From IMG/VR virus record IMGVR_UViG_3300031566_000016, positions 1 through 64,000 of that record: a DNA stretch of 64,000 bases; one strand, 5' to 3'. This document shows, piece after piece, positions 44,393 through 53,055 of the stretch; positions within the stretch are counted from its first letter, which is position 1; each line of letters starts with the position of its first letter. A program made the translations under genes and the position numbers. The stretch comes from a virus. A model generated the notes under the pieces. It ran no database searches and had not been told where the DNA came from. It worked only from the letters and a program-made list of their open reading frames with translations.

Positions 44393-45092
44393 CTTCCGTC
44401 ACCACCGACTGCCCCTCCACCCGTACCCCCTCAGCCTCCACGAAGTCCCCCAGCAGGTCCTTCGCCATCTCCTCGCCCCACTTCTCCGTCACATGGGCGA
44501 AGAAGCGCCGTGTCACCGCCGCCTCGACCTCCCGGCGCTCGTTGTCCGATACGCCGCCGAACTCCCGCAGTTCCCGGATCTTCTCGTACCCCCGCTCCAG
44601 GATGCCCTCCAACATCGCCAGCGCCTTCACCGCCTCCGCCGTGCTCTTGGGACGCAGGGCCCCGAGACGCACCTCGTTGCCGGCGCGATCGTACAGGACC
44701 CCGACGGGTTCCCGTGTGTCCTCGCCCTCCGCCGGAAGCGGCTTCATGAACAGGTCGGCCCCGGAGATCGCCGTCAGTACCCCGCCCAGTTGCGCCTCCG
44801 CCGCCTTCACGATCTCGACATGCAACCGCAGCTCGCGATCCGAGCCGGCCGCGGCCTGTTGCGCCATGGCCAGGCCCTCGGCGTCCTCGAGTCGCACCTG
44901 CTCCCAGTCGCGGCCGTCGGGAAGGCCCTGTTCCTTCCAGTACGTGACGGTCGCGAGGGAGAGACCGCAAGTCTTGGCGACCTCGGCGAGAGGGTCTTCG
45001 CAGCGGCCATGGCGGGCGATCCAGAGGCGGCGGACGACGCCGGGCATGTCGGCGCCGGGCTGGCGGCCGGCAGTGCGGGCAAGCGCGCTCAT
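44370..45092 (-). CDS. terminase small subunit
   Basis: N-terminal HTH (LAEVAKTCGLSLATVTYWK...DW), directly upstream of terL. Confidence 0.7.
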   Translation of the reverse strand: MSALARTAGRQPGADMPGVVRRLWIARHGRCEDPLAEVAKTCGLSLATVTYWKEQGLPDGRDWEQVRLEDAEGLAMAQQAAAGSDRELRLHVEIVKAAEAQLGGVLTAISGADLFMKPLPAEGEDTREPVGVLYDRAGNEVRLGALRPKSTAEAVKALAMLEGILERGYEKIRELREFGGVSDNERREVEAAVTRRFFAHVTEKWGEEMAKDLLGDFVEAEGVRVEGQSVVTEDDEGDDE

Positions 45093-45634
45093 GGTTGATC
45101 CTTTGCTGCCAGAATGTCACCGTCGGCGATCAGTTGCTCGTGCAAGTCCTCTGGCATCTCCCAACCCCACACGCCCTGCTTGCCCTTTGCTGGCACCGGC
45201 TCGTCGAATAGCCGGATCGGGTTCATTACCCAGGCGTACCGGCCCGGCGAGAAGTCCCCCAACTCGCGGTCATGCGTGTCCGCGAAGACCGTCGGCTCCA
45301 ATACCGGGATGTCCGGCCGGCGCATGTCCATGTAGCTCGTGCGGTAGCACCAGATGAAGGAGCAGATGCCAACCACGGCCCCGAGGGGCAGGCCCGTCAG
45401 GAACTGCCGTAGATCGGTGATCCCGAGACAACGCATCATCAGCGCCACAGTCTCTTCCCCGACATCGTACTCATCGAGTGTGTTGGCCACCGGCGTCAAG
45501 CCCGCATGGATGGCGATGATCTGCCCCATGCGACAGGCCTTCGGCGCTGGCCACGAACGGGTCTCAGAGGGCTTGTGGGGCGTCATCTTCAAGTTGGCGT
45601 ACGGCTGGCGCAGCGTGAGGGTCGGATAGATCAT
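45089..45634 (-). CDS. ASCH-domain protein
   Basis: LTLRQPYA, ETRSW, IAIHAG, GAVVG, GRYAW, PVPAKGKQGVW. Confidence 0.85.
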   Translation of the reverse strand: MIYPTLTLRQPYANLKMTPHKPSETRSWPAPKACRMGQIIAIHAGLTPVANTLDEYDVGEETVALMMRCLGITDLRQFLTGLPLGAVVGICSFIWCYRTSYMDMRRPDIPVLEPTVFADTHDRELGDFSPGRYAWVMNPIRLFDEPVPAKGKQGVWGWEMPEDLHEQLIADGDILAAKDQP

Positions 45635-45801
45635 CACCGTCTCCGTTTCCGTGTCGTCTTGCGCCGTCGGCCCACCCGCTCCGGCAGCGCCCTCAGTCTC
45701 CGCGTGTGCCGCTTCCACTTCGCGTAGGTGCCCTTCGGCAGCCGCCCGGCATGTTCGAGCATGGCGATCTTCCGCGCCTGGCTCCGGCTCTTGAATGGCA
45801 T
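45634..45801 (-). CDS. small basic phage protein (MPFKS-type, 55 aa)
   Basis: Manual translation MPFKSRSQARKIAMLEHAGRLPKGTYAKWKRHT...LPERV; TGATG-coupled to the ASCH gene. Confidence 0.65.
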   Translation of the reverse strand: MPFKSRSQARKIAMLEHAGRLPKGTYAKWKRHTRRLRALPERVGRRRKTTRKRRR

Positions 45802-45806
45802 AGGGA

Positions 45807-46046
45807 TCATCCTCCGTCCTGGTGCGCCTCGATGATCTGCCGCAGCAGCACACTCGCCGTCAGCCCCTTCTCCTCGGCCTCCCGGTCCAGTTCGTCACTC
45901 CGCCACTCCTCCAGCGCGAATGACCGCACCTTCGTGTACTTCGCCTCCTTGACGATCCGCGGCTTGCCCTTGTGGCCGCCCTTCTTCGGTCGCTTCGGCT
46001 CGCCGGGCAGCACGTCCGTCGTCTCCATCGTGTCCGTCACCGACAT
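45807..46046 (-). CDS. ribbon-helix-helix (CopG-like) protein
   Basis: VRSFALEEWRSDELDREAEEKGLTASVLLRQII. Confidence 0.6.
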   Translation of the reverse strand: MSVTDTMETTDVLPGEPKRPKKGGHKGKPRIVKEAKYTKVRSFALEEWRSDELDREAEEKGLTASVLLRQIIEAHQDGG

Positions 46047-46063
46047 TCTACTCCACCTGCCTC

Positions 46064-46468
46064 TCATGTAAAAGACTCGTCGCTGTCTGGAGGAAATGGC
46101 AGCGGGCCAGCCAGGGCCGTTGCTACCCGCGACGCCAGCCGCTCCTCGGCCTCGCCCAGCACGTCATCCGCCAACTCCGCCGCCTTGGCGTCCAACCGCC
46201 TCAGGATGCTCTGCTGCAGTTCGTTCATCTCCAGAAACGCCTGGTGCATAACCTCGTGGATGATCCGCCAATCTGTGCCCGCTTCATCGTATCCGTTCGG
46301 GATATAGATGCGTACCTGGTTGCGATGGTTGTGCCACTTGATCCGACCCTCCCCCATCTCGCCATTCCCCAGCGTCTTCCCCGGGCAGACAACGACCTCA
46401 ACGGACGGAGCGAGTTGAAATCGATCCAGCCAATACGCCACGCGCTTCCTGATCCAGGCTGGCCTCAC
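46064..46468 (-). CDS. HEXXH metallopeptidase-like protein
   Basis: IIHEVMH...EE. Confidence 0.55.
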   Translation of the reverse strand: MRPAWIRKRVAYWLDRFQLAPSVEVVVCPGKTLGNGEMGEGRIKWHNHRNQVRIYIPNGYDEAGTDWRIIHEVMHQAFLEMNELQQSILRRLDAKAAELADDVLGEAEERLASRVATALAGPLPFPPDSDESFT

Positions 46469-46515
46469 TCGTCATCATCCTTCGTCGTCACCGGCTCGTG
46501 TAAAGACTCGTCGCC

Positions 46516-46773
46516 CTACTGCTCGTCCGTTGGCACTGCCCGCCCCCAGCGCACGCCGGCCCAGAAAGCCATCCTCGCCAGCGACAGCGCCGTCGGCACG
46601 ATCCCGAACAACTGCAGCCCCGGCACCATGCGCGCCAGCGCCGCAGTGAGCGCCTCCTGGATCAGCTCGGGAGGCATCCCCTTGAGCGAGTTGCCGGAGT
46701 CGAACTCGTCCAGCATCTCCCGCACAATGTCGCGCATCTCCGTGTCCAGCAGCGCCTGCAGATCAGCCTTCAT
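46516..46773 (-). CDS. hypothetical protein
   Basis: GGAG RBS; MKADLQ start. Confidence 0.5.
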   Translation of the reverse strand: MKADLQALLDTEMRDIVREMLDEFDSGNSLKGMPPELIQEALTAALARMVPGLQLFGIVPTALSLARMAFWAGVRWGRAVPTDEQ

Positions 46774-47122
46774 CGGTCTTCGTCTCCTCCATCGCCGGCT
46801 CGTCATACGCCAACGCCACGACACTTTTCCCATTCATCTGCACCACGGCCATGGGGCACACGATGGTCGCTACGGCGTACCTGTCACTTGGCCCCTGCTC
46901 TATCCTGATCTCTCGCCACAGTAGCTCGTGTCCGTTGACCATCACGTGAGAGTTCATGCTGTGCCCCGATAACACGATCTGCACAGGGTGGACGGTGCCC
47001 TTGCCCAGGATCAACTCTTCACGCTCCTCGATGGCGCGCACCCGTTCCTCGTAGCGCCGTTGCTGCTCCTCGGCGGACACTCCGGGGATGCGAATATCAA
47101 TGGCTACATCATCACGTCGCAT
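46763..47122 (-). CDS. hypothetical protein
   Basis: AAGGAGG RBS. Confidence 0.55.
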   Translation of the reverse strand: MRRDDVAIDIRIPGVSAEEQQRRYEERVRAIEEREELILGKGTVHPVQIVLSGHSMNSHVMVNGHELLWREIRIEQGPSDRYAVATIVCPMAVVQMNGKSVVALAYDEPAMEETKTDEG

Positions 47123-47123
47123 T

Positions 47124-47357
47124 TCAGTCCTCCTTCGCAGTTGCCGTCTCCGGCTCGTGATACCAGCAGTTGCCCGCCATCGGGCAGCGCCAGTGGTTCT
47201 CCCGCTTCGGGTGGCCGCACAACACCGCCCGGCGGCCATTGTAGAGCCGCCCGAGCCGCACATGCGCGCAGTCGGCGCAGCCGGAGACCCCGACCGGGCC
47301 AGGCACCGTCTCAGTTGTGGTGGTCTGCGTTGCCATCGCCATTCGCTCGCTCATCAA
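47124..47357 (-). CDS. small Cys/His-rich protein
   Basis: CADCAH...LCGHPK...C...GNCWYHE; start uncertain. Confidence 0.5.
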   Translation of the reverse strand: MMSERMAMATQTTTTETVPGPVGVSGCADCAHVRLGRLYNGRRAVLCGHPKRENHWRCPMAGNCWYHEPETATAKED

Positions 47358-48129
47358 GGGCCTGCGCCCGCTCCTCGTAGCCGCACTCGTAGCAGTCGAA
47401 GATCAGGCAGGGGCCGATGCCACCTTCCCACTCCTCGAAGGCTGTAAGCCACAATGGATGTCGTTCGCCGCCACACTTGGGGCACCGCCCCGCGTCCAGC
47501 ACCGTATCCGCCAGCGGCACTGCGGTCTCTGACACCGGTTCCTCGCGGGCAATCACCAGCGGCCCGAAGTCTGGGATCTCCCGCGTCTTCATCACCGACA
47601 CCACCATGTTGCCCGCCTCGTCCTGTTTGAAGCGCAGGATCAGCGACGCGCGTTCCCTCCAATCCGAGCAGGCGATGTCCACGACGGCGGCTTGACGCCA
47701 GTTGCAGACGATGGAGGACAAGGCCGCGGACAGACCACACTCCACCTGTGCCGCCACGACAACCTCGTGGCCCTCAAAGCCGACACACTCGACCACACTG
47801 CCATCTGTGAGGCGGGCTGCCTGTAGCATGAGTTCCTTCAACACCTCGCCGAACGGCTGCGGCTTCGGCTTCGGTGTGGTGCCCCGCGCCTCATCTAACA
47901 GCCGCTTCGCCAAGACGAAGTTGTCGCTTATCCCATCATGGTCAGCTTGTTCGGCTTCCACCCGATAGTCGTAGTGATCGATCAGGTACTGGCCCAACTC
48001 CTCCGCTGCCTCCTTGCAGGCGAACAGCGCGTCGTGCTCGCTCTGCGGCAGCACCACCAGCGCCTCGCCCTCCGGCCCCATGTTCCTCAGCATCATCTCC
48101 ACCTGCTCACGGCTGAACTGCACGGCCAT
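47311..48129 (-). CDS. hypothetical protein with C-terminal Zn ribbon
   Basis: GGAGGT RBS; CPKCG...CYECG. Confidence 0.6.
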   Translation of the reverse strand: MAVQFSREQVEMMLRNMGPEGEALVVLPQSEHDALFACKEAAEELGQYLIDHYDYRVEAEQADHDGISDNFVLAKRLLDEARGTTPKPKPQPFGEVLKELMLQAARLTDGSVVECVGFEGHEVVVAAQVECGLSAALSSIVCNWRQAAVVDIACSDWRERASLILRFKQDEAGNMVVSVMKTREIPDFGPLVIAREEPVSETAVPLADTVLDAGRCPKCGGERHPLWLTAFEEWEGGIGPCLIFDCYECGYEERAQALDERANGDGNADHHN

Positions 48130-48160
48130 CTCGACACCTCCGTTTCGCTTGCCCAGCGCC

Positions 48161-48589
48161 CTACTTGCCTTCGTTCCCGAAGGGGTCTTCACTATCCCCC
48201 TCCGGGCCGTGGCCCTCCTCCGGAGCCACCTGCGTCGAACCCTTGGCCGCCCGCCGCCGCTCCGTCTCCGCCTTGCTCTCCAGGAAACGCACGTCGCGCG
48301 CGATGACCTCCACCGCGTACTGCCGCTTCCCGCCCTGCCCCTCCCACGACCGCGACTGCACCCGCCCCTCGATCCCCACCAACATCCCCTTGTCGCAGTA
48401 CTCGTCCACCAACTCTGCCGTCTTCTGGAAACACACGATGTTCAGCCAGTCGGTCTGTCGTTCCCCGCCCTCCGACTTCATCCCGCGGTCCACCCCCAGC
48501 CGGAACTTCGTGACCGGCATCCCCGACGGCGAGTACTTCATCTCCGGCTCGTTCGCGAGCCGGCCGACCAGCACCACACTGTTCACCAT
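48161..48589 (-). CDS. ssb: single-stranded DNA-binding protein
   Basis: MVNSVVLVGRLANEPE...TDWLNIV...IEGRVQSRSW; acidic DPF tail. Confidence 0.95.
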   Translation of the reverse strand: MVNSVVLVGRLANEPEMKYSPSGMPVTKFRLGVDRGMKSEGGERQTDWLNIVCFQKTAELVDEYCDKGMLVGIEGRVQSRSWEGQGGKRQYAVEVIARDVRFLESKAETERRRAAKGSTQVAPEEGHGPEGDSEDPFGNEGK

Positions 48590-48818
48590 CTGCGCCTCAC
48601 TCCTTCTCCAGTAGTTGCCCGCGGCAGTACGCTCCCCAGTCGGACTCCAATATCCACCCCTGTAGCAAGACCACGCCCGATCCCTCTCGGAACGCCTGAT
48701 CCAAACCAGCCATCCACGCCTCATCGGCCGGCGGGCCATGGGCGACCATCGCTCGCCCCTCGCCATCATGTACCACCACGTATACGTGCCGCTTGCCCAT
48801 CTGCCATCGCCTCCCGTA

Positions 48819-49277
48819 TCAGTCTAATTGCCTGATTCTGCGGCGGCCCGGAAACTTCCGCGACGAACCTCCATCCGGCACCATCTCCAGCGGCCCCGCC
48901 GTGATGATCTTTCGCACCGCGTCCTCAAACCGAAGCCACTGCTCCGTCTTCTCCTCCGGCCGAAACAGCAGCCGCTTGCGCGCCAACCTCACGATCTCCG
49001 CCTCACCCCGCTTCATCGCCGCCCGCCGGCTGGGCAGGTGCTCATCGCCCTCGCACACGTCGTCCCCGCTCTCGATGTCAATGACGAACAGGTGCCAGCC
49101 CCGGTCCTTGTCCCAACTCACGATGGCCTGCAGCCCCTCGTCATTGTCACCCTCTGGCTTCGGCCCGAGCACCACGTGCCCCAGCGGGTCCTCGTCGAAG
49201 CCCTCGTCCAGCCACTCCCACTCGCTGTCCCCGGCTACGAAGCGCCGGATGGCCTCCGCCCACTGCGCTGGAGTCAT
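48819..49277 (-). CDS. hypothetical protein
   Basis: Coupled to the methyltransferase; acidic. Confidence 0.55.
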   Translation of the reverse strand: MTPAQWAEAIRRFVAGDSEWEWLDEGFDEDPLGHVVLGPKPEGDNDEGLQAIVSWDKDRGWHLFVIDIESGDDVCEGDEHLPSRRAAMKRGEAEIVRLARKRLLFRPEEKTEQWLRFEDAVRKIITAGPLEMVPDGGSSRKFPGRRRIRQLD

Positions 49278-50788
49278 ACCTCGTCGCCCTCCTCGATCGT
49301 GAACTCCATCTGCCCCTCGGGGTCACTCCGTTCCAGGGTCCCGAACAGGTCGCCTACCATCTTCTCGGGCGGCGACGGGATGGACCGCGGCCGCTTGACG
49401 TGCCAGCGTTCAATGCCGCGCCGGGCCATCGCCGCGTACTCTTCGTTGATCTCACAGCCGATGAAGCGGCGGCCGTGGCGCAGGGCGACGCGCCCAGTGG
49501 TGCCGCTGCCCACGAACGGATCGAGAACGATGCTGGGCACGGTGTCCGCGGTCGAATTACAGTTGCAGGTTGGGGCGAAGCCGATGGTGGTGACCTTCAC
49601 GCACGGTCCGTTGCGAATGTCACCAGTCCCCCCGCCACCCTGCAGGCTCTCTCCCCACTTGCCGACGGGAGCGTTGCCAGACTTGCCGCTGCCGCTTTCG
49701 TGGCTGCGTTCCTTCTCCACCATCCGCTGCCACGGGGCCCCGCACTTCGCGCATGACTTCTCCGCGCTGGCGGCCAGTATCCCGATCTCCGGCAGCCGCT
49801 CCGGGAACGCCGCGAAGTGTCCCTCGCCCAGTGGCTCTGTCTGCACGGCCCACACGCTGCGCGGAGCGCGGGTTCCGGTGGATCGCTTCAGTTCGGTGCC
49901 GCCCCCACGGTCGTGACCGTCGCCCCGGTCGTCAACCTGTCCAGGCGCATAGGGCTTGCGGTTGTCGTCGGGAAATGCTTTTCCCTCAGATACCGCCACC
50001 TGGTCGAAGAAGTACGTCGGCTGCTTCGTCAGGAACCACACCGGCTCCTCGCTCACCGTGAACCTGTCCGCCGCGCTCGACGGCATGACCGACCCTGACC
50101 ACTCCGGCAGGTACGAGCAGCCCTTCATCCACGAGCAGCGGTTGCGGATGATCCAGCCGTCGTCAGCCAGCGCGAGTGCGAGGCGCTCCGGCACGAGGCA
50201 GAGGGACTTGGGCCGCAGACCGTCCACGCTCTTGGCGCTTCTGCGCCCGCCACCGCGGCTCGCCGTCTGCGCCGGATCCCACGTCGCACTGAAGCTCTCG
50301 GCGGACTTGGTACGGGTGGGACTGTCACCAAAGTGGTTGTCCGCAATGTTCAGGAACACGCAGCCGTCGTCCCTCAGCACCCGCCACACCTCACGCATCA
50401 CCTCCACCAGGTGCGCCACGAACAACTGCGGCGTCGGCTCCGCCCCCAGGCACCCGAACCAGGCCCCGCACCGCTGACAGACCTGGCCCTTCTCGGCTCC
50501 CCTCGCGTACTGCTCGCCACGCCCGTTCCTGCCCGTGGGCGTCCCGCTGCCGCCGCGGCTGCTTCCCGGGATGGTGTCGCCCCACTCGTGCTCACACCCC
50601 CCCGTCCCATCCCCGCCCCACACCGACGCCGGAGCCTGGTAGTCCCTCAACCCAAAGTACGGGGGACTCGTGAAGCACACCTGAACGCACCCCACCGGCA
50701 GACCGCGCATCGTCTCGCGGCAGTCGCCGACAAGCACCGTGTACCGATCTCCACCCAGCACGTCTCTCCCAACTTCTCTCTCTTCCAT
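49274..50788 (-). CDS. DNA N4-cytosine/N6-adenine methyltransferase with Zn-ribbon inserts
   Basis: TSPPYFGLRDY, HFAAFP, VLDPFVGSGTT, FIGCEIN. Confidence 0.93.
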   Translation of the reverse strand: MEEREVGRDVLGGDRYTVLVGDCRETMRGLPVGCVQVCFTSPPYFGLRDYQAPASVWGGDGTGGCEHEWGDTIPGSSRGGSGTPTGRNGRGEQYARGAEKGQVCQRCGAWFGCLGAEPTPQLFVAHLVEVMREVWRVLRDDGCVFLNIADNHFGDSPTRTKSAESFSATWDPAQTASRGGGRRSAKSVDGLRPKSLCLVPERLALALADDGWIIRNRCSWMKGCSYLPEWSGSVMPSSAADRFTVSEEPVWFLTKQPTYFFDQVAVSEGKAFPDDNRKPYAPGQVDDRGDGHDRGGGTELKRSTGTRAPRSVWAVQTEPLGEGHFAAFPERLPEIGILAASAEKSCAKCGAPWQRMVEKERSHESGSGKSGNAPVGKWGESLQGGGGTGDIRNGPCVKVTTIGFAPTCNCNSTADTVPSIVLDPFVGSGTTGRVALRHGRRFIGCEINEEYAAMARRGIERWHVKRPRSIPSPPEKMVGDLFGTLERSDPEGQMEFTIEEGDEV

Positions 50789-50795
50789 GGCTATA

Positions 50796-50825
50796 TCTTT
50801 ACCACCAACCCACCCACCCTGTCAA
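50796..50825 (-). promoter_or_regulatory. putative leftward promoter (TTGACA-18-TAAAGA), probably leaderless
   Basis: Perfect -35, weak -10 ending 7 nt before the ATG, no SD sequence. Confidence 0.45.
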
Positions 50826-51063
50826 CCCTCCATCCCTCCCACCAACCTTCCATTTCCCTAAATCTATATCACCACCATGGAGAAAAACGACATGCTGGGT
50901 TTTTTGAGAGTATAAGTCATTGTGCGCGCGACCCCCCAGAGAAAAAGAATGCTTTCGCGGGCCTGGTGGGGCCTGCCGGCGGCCCTATCCCGCCGATCGG
51001 GCACCCGGCCTTCCGAAATGGCGATAACGGAAGGCCCACGACGCACCAGACGGCCATCCGCCC

Positions 51064-51227
51064 CACCTGCGCCACCAAAGGCGCCCTGATCTCCACCTGG
51101 CGCACCTGTCAAGCACCTGCAACGGCCGGCCCAGCGCCACCAAAGGCGGTTTCAACTACCCCCGCGCGCGCGTACGCGCGTAAGGTATCTAGAACACCCT
51201 AGGGGACGGAGGCCGTAAGGCCGTAAG
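51064..51227. repeat. repeat/palindrome cluster in the divergent intergenic region
   Basis: GCGCCACCAAAGGCG x2 (51069, 51134); CACCTG x4; 14-bp palindrome 51167-51180; tandem AGGCCGTA x2. Confidence 0.6.
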
Positions 51228-51421
51228 AGTCTGGGAGGAGGTTACTAAGTATCATATACTCAAGTCAACAGTCGTTCAGCCGTATAAGTTGGAGCGAGTT
51301 CAGGGCAGCATCAGGCGAAGGATCATAGGAGAAACGGCAACGTCAACGCTAGGCATGGAGGTGTTAGATACATACGGGCGCGCGTGCGCGAGAGGATAGA
51401 AGGGGGAGTTTGCTACGAGTA

Positions 51422-51466
51422 TACGTAGTTAAATATACGTAGAAGTACGTACATAAATATACGTAG
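51422..51466. repeat. four TACGTA palindromes in two 21-bp direct repeats (operator-like)
   Basis: TACGTAnnTAAATATACGTAG at 51422 and 51446, directly upstream of a -35 box. Confidence 0.7.
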
Positions 51467-51474
51467 TTTTGGCA

Positions 51475-51503
51475 TTGACACAGGTTTTATGGGGAAGTAT
51501 AGT
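51475..51503 (+). promoter_or_regulatory. strong sigma70-type promoter TTGACA-17-TATAGT
   Basis: Near-perfect consensus heading the rightward gene array. Confidence 0.85.
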
Positions 51504-51542
51504 GGGCAAGTCGGGCGGGATAAAAGAGACAGAGAAGGTGGC

Positions 51543-51728
51543 ATGATGATACGGAACCTGCTGAACCTGCTTGAGGACCTGAAGTACCGCGTCTTGTGCG
51601 TAGTGTTCCCGTTGGGCGACCTTGGTGTGCACGAGGTTGACTTGAGGCTGTGCGCGCCCCATGGCACGCCCTGCTGTGAGAATGAGGAGGAGGTGCTGGC
51701 AGAGGTGCTGACGAGCTGGAATGTGTGA
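51543..51728 (+). CDS. hypothetical early protein
   Basis: AAGGTGG RBS; first gene after the promoter. Confidence 0.55.
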   Translation: MMIRNLLNLLEDLKYRVLCVVFPLGDLGVHEVDLRLCAPHGTPCCENEEEVLAEVLTSWNV

Positions 51729-51802
51729 ACCCAGACTCGGCCGCGGGGAGGCGGCCGCGATGTGGGCTCACCAAACAGACGGGAAGCGAAAGGGCGAACA
51801 TC

Positions 51803-52069
51803 ATGGCGATTGCGCCGAGCAACTATGACATCCTCGTTGACCGCAGAACGAAGCTGTTCCGCAAGGCGAAGCGGAATCCCCAGACGGCGCCGAGCATGTT
51901 GCGCGAGTGGCAGCTCTACCTGCAGGCATTGATGCTCTTCCGCCGCGGTCAACGGGGCTGTGAGTTTCGGGTTCCGCAGATGACGGCAAGCGGCAAGCCG
52001 GCGGGTTGCGGTTCGTGTGGGGGAAGTTGTGCGAAGTGCCTGGCATTCATGGCGCGCATTCCAGGTTAG
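51803..52069 (+). CDS. small protein with C-terminal CxxCxxxCxxC
   Basis: CGSCGGSCAKC. Confidence 0.55.
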   Translation: MAIAPSNYDILVDRRTKLFRKAKRNPQTAPSMLREWQLYLQALMLFRRGQRGCEFRVPQMTASGKPAGCGSCGGSCAKCLAFMARIPG

Positions 52070-52150
52070 TGACGACCACCGCTCTTCCCTTGGCGCTCGC
52101 CCAAGGGAGGTGTGACGGCCGCACCAAACAGACGGAGGACGGTGGCAGCT

Positions 52151-52396
52151 ATGGCGAAGGCAATCACGAAGGGCGCAAGGGACCTGAATTCGCAGGCGTT
52201 GCTTTGGTGGGGTTTCCGTTGGGTCGGCAAGCTGGCGCGCTATGATGTTTGGGAGGGTTCCGGCCTTATCATCTACACTTCTCCCGCGCGCACCATGAGA
52301 GCGTTGAATAGCGCCCACGACCACGCCTGCGAGAATATCACGAGTGACTTCCGTAAGTGCGTTGCCGACGCGCATGAGCTCATGGCGGAAGCGTGA
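52151..52396 (+). CDS. hypothetical early protein
   Basis: GGAGG RBS. Confidence 0.55.
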   Translation: MAKAITKGARDLNSQALLWWGFRWVGKLARYDVWEGSGLIIYTSPARTMRALNSAHDHACENITSDFRKCVADAHELMAEA

Positions 52397-52491
52397 CCTG
52401 CGACTTCTGCGGGCCCGGCCCGGCCTGACGGCCAGAGGCCCGGTTCGTAGAGGTGGCCGGTTCCCCAAACGAAGGGCAGGAGGCGTTGACC

Positions 52492-52689
52492 GTGACGACA
52501 GACCAGAAGGCGATAGCACGAAGTTACAGTCCAGCGACGAGGAACTGCGGCGGAGGGGCGAGGGCGGCCGCGGCATTCTACATCGGGGAGGCGCAGGAGT
52601 GCCGGGCGCAGGGCTTCCCGAGTGACGCGCGGCGGCTACTCAGAAGCGCGAGTCACGCGAGCCACCGGGCACTGCCGTTGCCGGGTTAG
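52492..52689 (+). CDS. hypothetical early protein
   Basis: AGGAGG RBS; FYIGEA motif. Confidence 0.5.
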   Translation: MTTDQKAIARSYSPATRNCGGGARAAAAFYIGEAQECRAQGFPSDARRLLRSASHASHRALPLPG

Positions 52690-52732
52690 GCGAACACGGC
52701 CAGACGGCCCATAGCCGAGGAGGCTTGAGCAG

Positions 52733-52852
52733 ATGAGACAGGCACTCGATTCGTTCCTCGTGCTCCTCGGCGTTATGGCGGCGGAGGTCGTGGTGGTGGC
52801 CGGCAGCTTCGGCCTGATATGGGCGGCGGCGCGGTTGTTCGGCGGGCACTAG
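52733..52852 (+). CDS. small TM peptide (39 aa)
   Basis: AGGAGG RBS; MRQALDSFLVLLGVMAAEVVVVAGSFGLIWAAARLFGGH. Confidence 0.5.
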   Translation: MRQALDSFLVLLGVMAAEVVVVAGSFGLIWAAARLFGGH

Positions 52853-52899
52853 GCGGACCCCGAGGCTTCGGCCCGGCACAATGGCAGGAGGCTTAGATC

Positions 52900-53055
52900 A
52901 TGGCGAGAGAGACACAATGGGCGGCAGTTTCCCCGGAGGAATTGGCCGAGGCGGAAGCCCGTTCCGAGGCAAAGAGGAAAGCGGCAGTGGCAGAGGCGGC
53001 AGAGAAGCGCCGGAAGCTCGTGGAGCGGTATTGGAAGGCCGGGGCGTCATTGTAG
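52900..53055 (+). CDS. small helical protein (51 aa)
   Basis: AGGAGG...AGATCATG start. Confidence 0.55.
   Translation: MARETQWAAVSPEELAEAEARSEAKRKAAVAEAAEKRRKLVERYWKAGASL

Noticed and set aside
1-50800. Many long plus-strand ORFs (e.g. 7826-8929, 29177-30517, 37298-38917)
   Set aside because: Antisense shadows of motif-bearing minus-strand genes in high-GC DNA; R/P/A-rich and lacking RBS.
51420-51431. loxP-like arm TATACGTAGTTA
   Set aside because: No inverted partner arm 8 bp upstream; kept only as an operator-like repeat.
51413-52576. 387-aa minus-strand ORF
   Set aside because: Opposes the promoter- and RBS-supported plus-strand genes; low-complexity translation.
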